Assembly (NCBI RefSeq): GCF_040938485.1
Contig: NW_027271020.1
Location: 2,914,001-2,978,000, forward strand
DNA from: Diadema antillarum
Lineage: Eukaryota
Length of the DNA: 64,000 bases
Reading direction: 5' to 3'
Positions within the stretch are counted from its first letter, which is position 1. Each line of letters opens with the position of its first letter. Positions 61,907 to 64,000 of the stretch are shown here, in pieces. The notes below the pieces were generated by a model. It saw only the letters and a list, made by a program, of their open reading frames with translations, was not told the origin of the DNA and did no database searches. A program made the position numbers and the translations under genes.

Positions 61907-62446
61907 AATTGATATGTTCTACAGATATTGCTGCATTCACTCAGTCCACACTTGCACTTGTTATATTGATGGTGATTTTACTAACACTTTAGTAGTGAAA
62001 TTACTAACAATTATTAGTGTACATAGAGCTGAGGTTCTTACTGCATAGGCCTAGACATACAATATCTGCGACAGTGGTTTAGACAGTTAGTGTAACCACA
62101 ACACCCCTATCCTGTCCTGGATAAGCTATAGGCCCCTTGACACTAACTTCAATAGTAAATGTGTTTATCATTAATTTCCTTATTAGTTTGTATTTGCACA
62201 TTCACGTTAACAAGGTAAACAGTATCACACAGTAGGGCCTAAGTTGCAATTGCAAATCAAAAATCATCTTGCCCAGGAAAAAATCAATGATCATTCTATT
62301 TATGTTCAATATAGTACCTACATCTAACCCTCTCCATGCGGAATTATATTGCATTCTCATATGTTTGTGTGTACAATTTGTGCACATTTGACTACTTGGG
62401 AAAGAAAGGGTTAAATAATGAACAAAAATATATATATTTTCTTTAC

Positions 62447-62947
62447 CTTTCGTGACTACACCGTTGTCGTATGTAACAGTGCCATTGTCGGAGATGAATG
62501 TACCATAATTTACCGTGTCGTTGCTGTTAGCGACATCGCTATTGCCATACATGTATGTTTCCGTTCCATTGCTGTCGGTCACTGTTCCATTTACGTAGAC
62601 GAATGTACCATTGCCGTAGACGAATGTACCATTACCGTCAGTGACTGAACCATTGCCGTAGATGAATGTACCGTTGCCGTATACTAGAGTATCATTCCTG
62701 TATGTCAGCGGGTCATTGCCTTGGACGACTGTTCCATTGCTGTAGATGCCGGTGCCATTGCCGTATAAGATCATTTCATTGGTGTGGGTTACCATATCAT
62801 TGCCGTAAGTAACCGACCCATTGTCGTCTAAGAAGTCACCACTTCCCTCTACCACATCACCACTTCCCTCCGAAAATTTGTCAAGACATTTTGGTGGATG
62901 CTCAAACTCCAGGAACTGAATGTCTATGATGTCGCTTAAAGGAGGTT
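62447..62947 (-). CDS. Exon: first Ig strand, EGSGD motifs and heptad xNGTxxY repeats
   Basis: 501 bp, phase 1-1 (gatag|AA CCT ... AAA G|gtaaag). PPLSDIIDIQFLEFEHPPKCLDKFSEGSGDVVEGSGDF, followed by about 16 seven-residue repeats. Confidence 0.8.
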
Positions 62948-63842
62948 CTATCCATGGGAACAGAAATGGAATACCAAAATAGATAATAAGTTAATGCTCA
63001 CACATTATTTCTTGCACTAAAATTGAGAAACATAACATTTCAGCCTCACATGTTTATACATTATAAAATTATTGATTCTGACCTACATCCGTTTGGCCTG
63101 CTATTTATCCACGAATGCTTTTCTTTCATATTATGCGTAAAATGGGATGAATTGTAATTTTTACTTTAAGACAGTGCAGATTTCACAACGTGTAACAAAT
63201 CTTATAAATGCCAACCTTATCCCATTGTGACCTGGTGACAATGTACCTATTCGTTAACAGCTGTATTCACTGATATAATATTGACATTGATAATACCAAA
63301 CATATACATTCTGGAGGTCTCCCCTGTCAAACATTGGTAATACAAGTGTAATACTTTCATTCTAATTCATCCATGCATCGTTGTCATTTTTCGATTCATT
63401 GAATAAGATGACTTGCGATTATAGGGTAATTACTACGTAAGCACATGCATAGTGTTAATGAGTGTATGAGTACTTTTGCAAAGTTGAGAAGGGTAAATCG
63501 ATTGGCGAGCAGTATTAATGGATGTATAATAAAATTCTGCCCTCATCGAAGAAAAACAAAACAAGGATTAAAGGCGAACAGACTCAATCAGGATAACGAT
63601 CAGTAGTAACCTGAAGGCATGTTATGTGATGTAAGCAATGAAAGTCATGAGTTATCTTGAAGTGGTTCCATGTAATCATAAAAGTGTAAGGTTCCACATT
63701 GAATCCAACCCTTCGAGTATATATCCCTGTACATAATCGGTTGCATGTGATGAACTATTTCCAGAGATAATATAGATTCTCTAGAATCAAAACATGACAA
63801 TCGAAACGACATAAGGGTACCAGAAGTGTAATTAACAATAAC

Positions 63843-64000
63843 CTTGTGGACAATAAGTTGTGAGGCTCGATGTCTCCCCAAGTCCGTTGCTTCCCGTACA
63901 TGACACTTCGACGCAAAATCGAGGCCGTGGGGAAAGGCGACCGCGTGGAGTCGACGATGTAACGATTGTGACGTTATCAACTTTAATCTCGTATAACTCA
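63843..64000 (-). CDS. Ig-like domain exon (3' part; continues beyond the window)
   Basis: Manual translation ELYEIKVDNVTIVTSSTPRGRLSPRPRFCVEVSCTGSNGLGETSSLTTYCPQ, homologous to the other two modules. Phase-1 donor G|gttatt. Confidence 0.75.

Noticed and set aside
62202-62446. ORF continuation past the heptad repeats
   Set aside because: It follows a good GTAAAG donor and has intron-like composition, so treated as intron.

Overview
AT-rich eukaryotic genomic DNA, probably an echinoderm such as a sea urchin (inferred from repeat types only), with one 213-N assembly gap at 54844-55056. Bases 1-50.8 kb are a minus-strand tandem array of SLC35G/TMEM20-like (EamA/DMT, about 10 TM) transporter genes with uninterrupted coding regions. 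They fall into three subtypes, labelled A, B and C here, and arose by 8-13 kb segmental duplications. Intact copies are A2 (11370-12719), B1 (21579-22808), C1 (24966-26171) and C3 (49252-50445). A1 runs off the left edge and has an N-terminal frameshift, B2 and B3 are deleted pseudogenes, a hidden A-like remnant lies at about 9.3-10.6 kb, and C2 is split by a 3252-bp CACTA-like element built from a 13-bp minisatellite. The top finding is that this element carries a GT donor and a polypyrimidine-AG acceptor in its own ends, in matching phase, so it could be spliced out as a new intron leaving an in-frame protein with 12 extra residues. The spacers hold many non-autonomous DNA transposons (hAT-like with an internal ~275-bp satellite, Kolobok-like TTAA MITEs, AATT-flanked Sola-like elements, Harbinger-like MITEs, a THAP-remnant element), tRNA-derived SINEs, and LINE and Penelope remnants. 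Bases 56.9-64 kb hold the 3' exons of a minus-strand single-pass membrane protein with Cys-rich Ig-like modules, one of which carries a ~220-aa heptad-repeat N-glycan/GAG-site insertion. All calls were made by eye, with no database search, and transposon superfamily names are inferred from termini and target-site duplications (TSDs).
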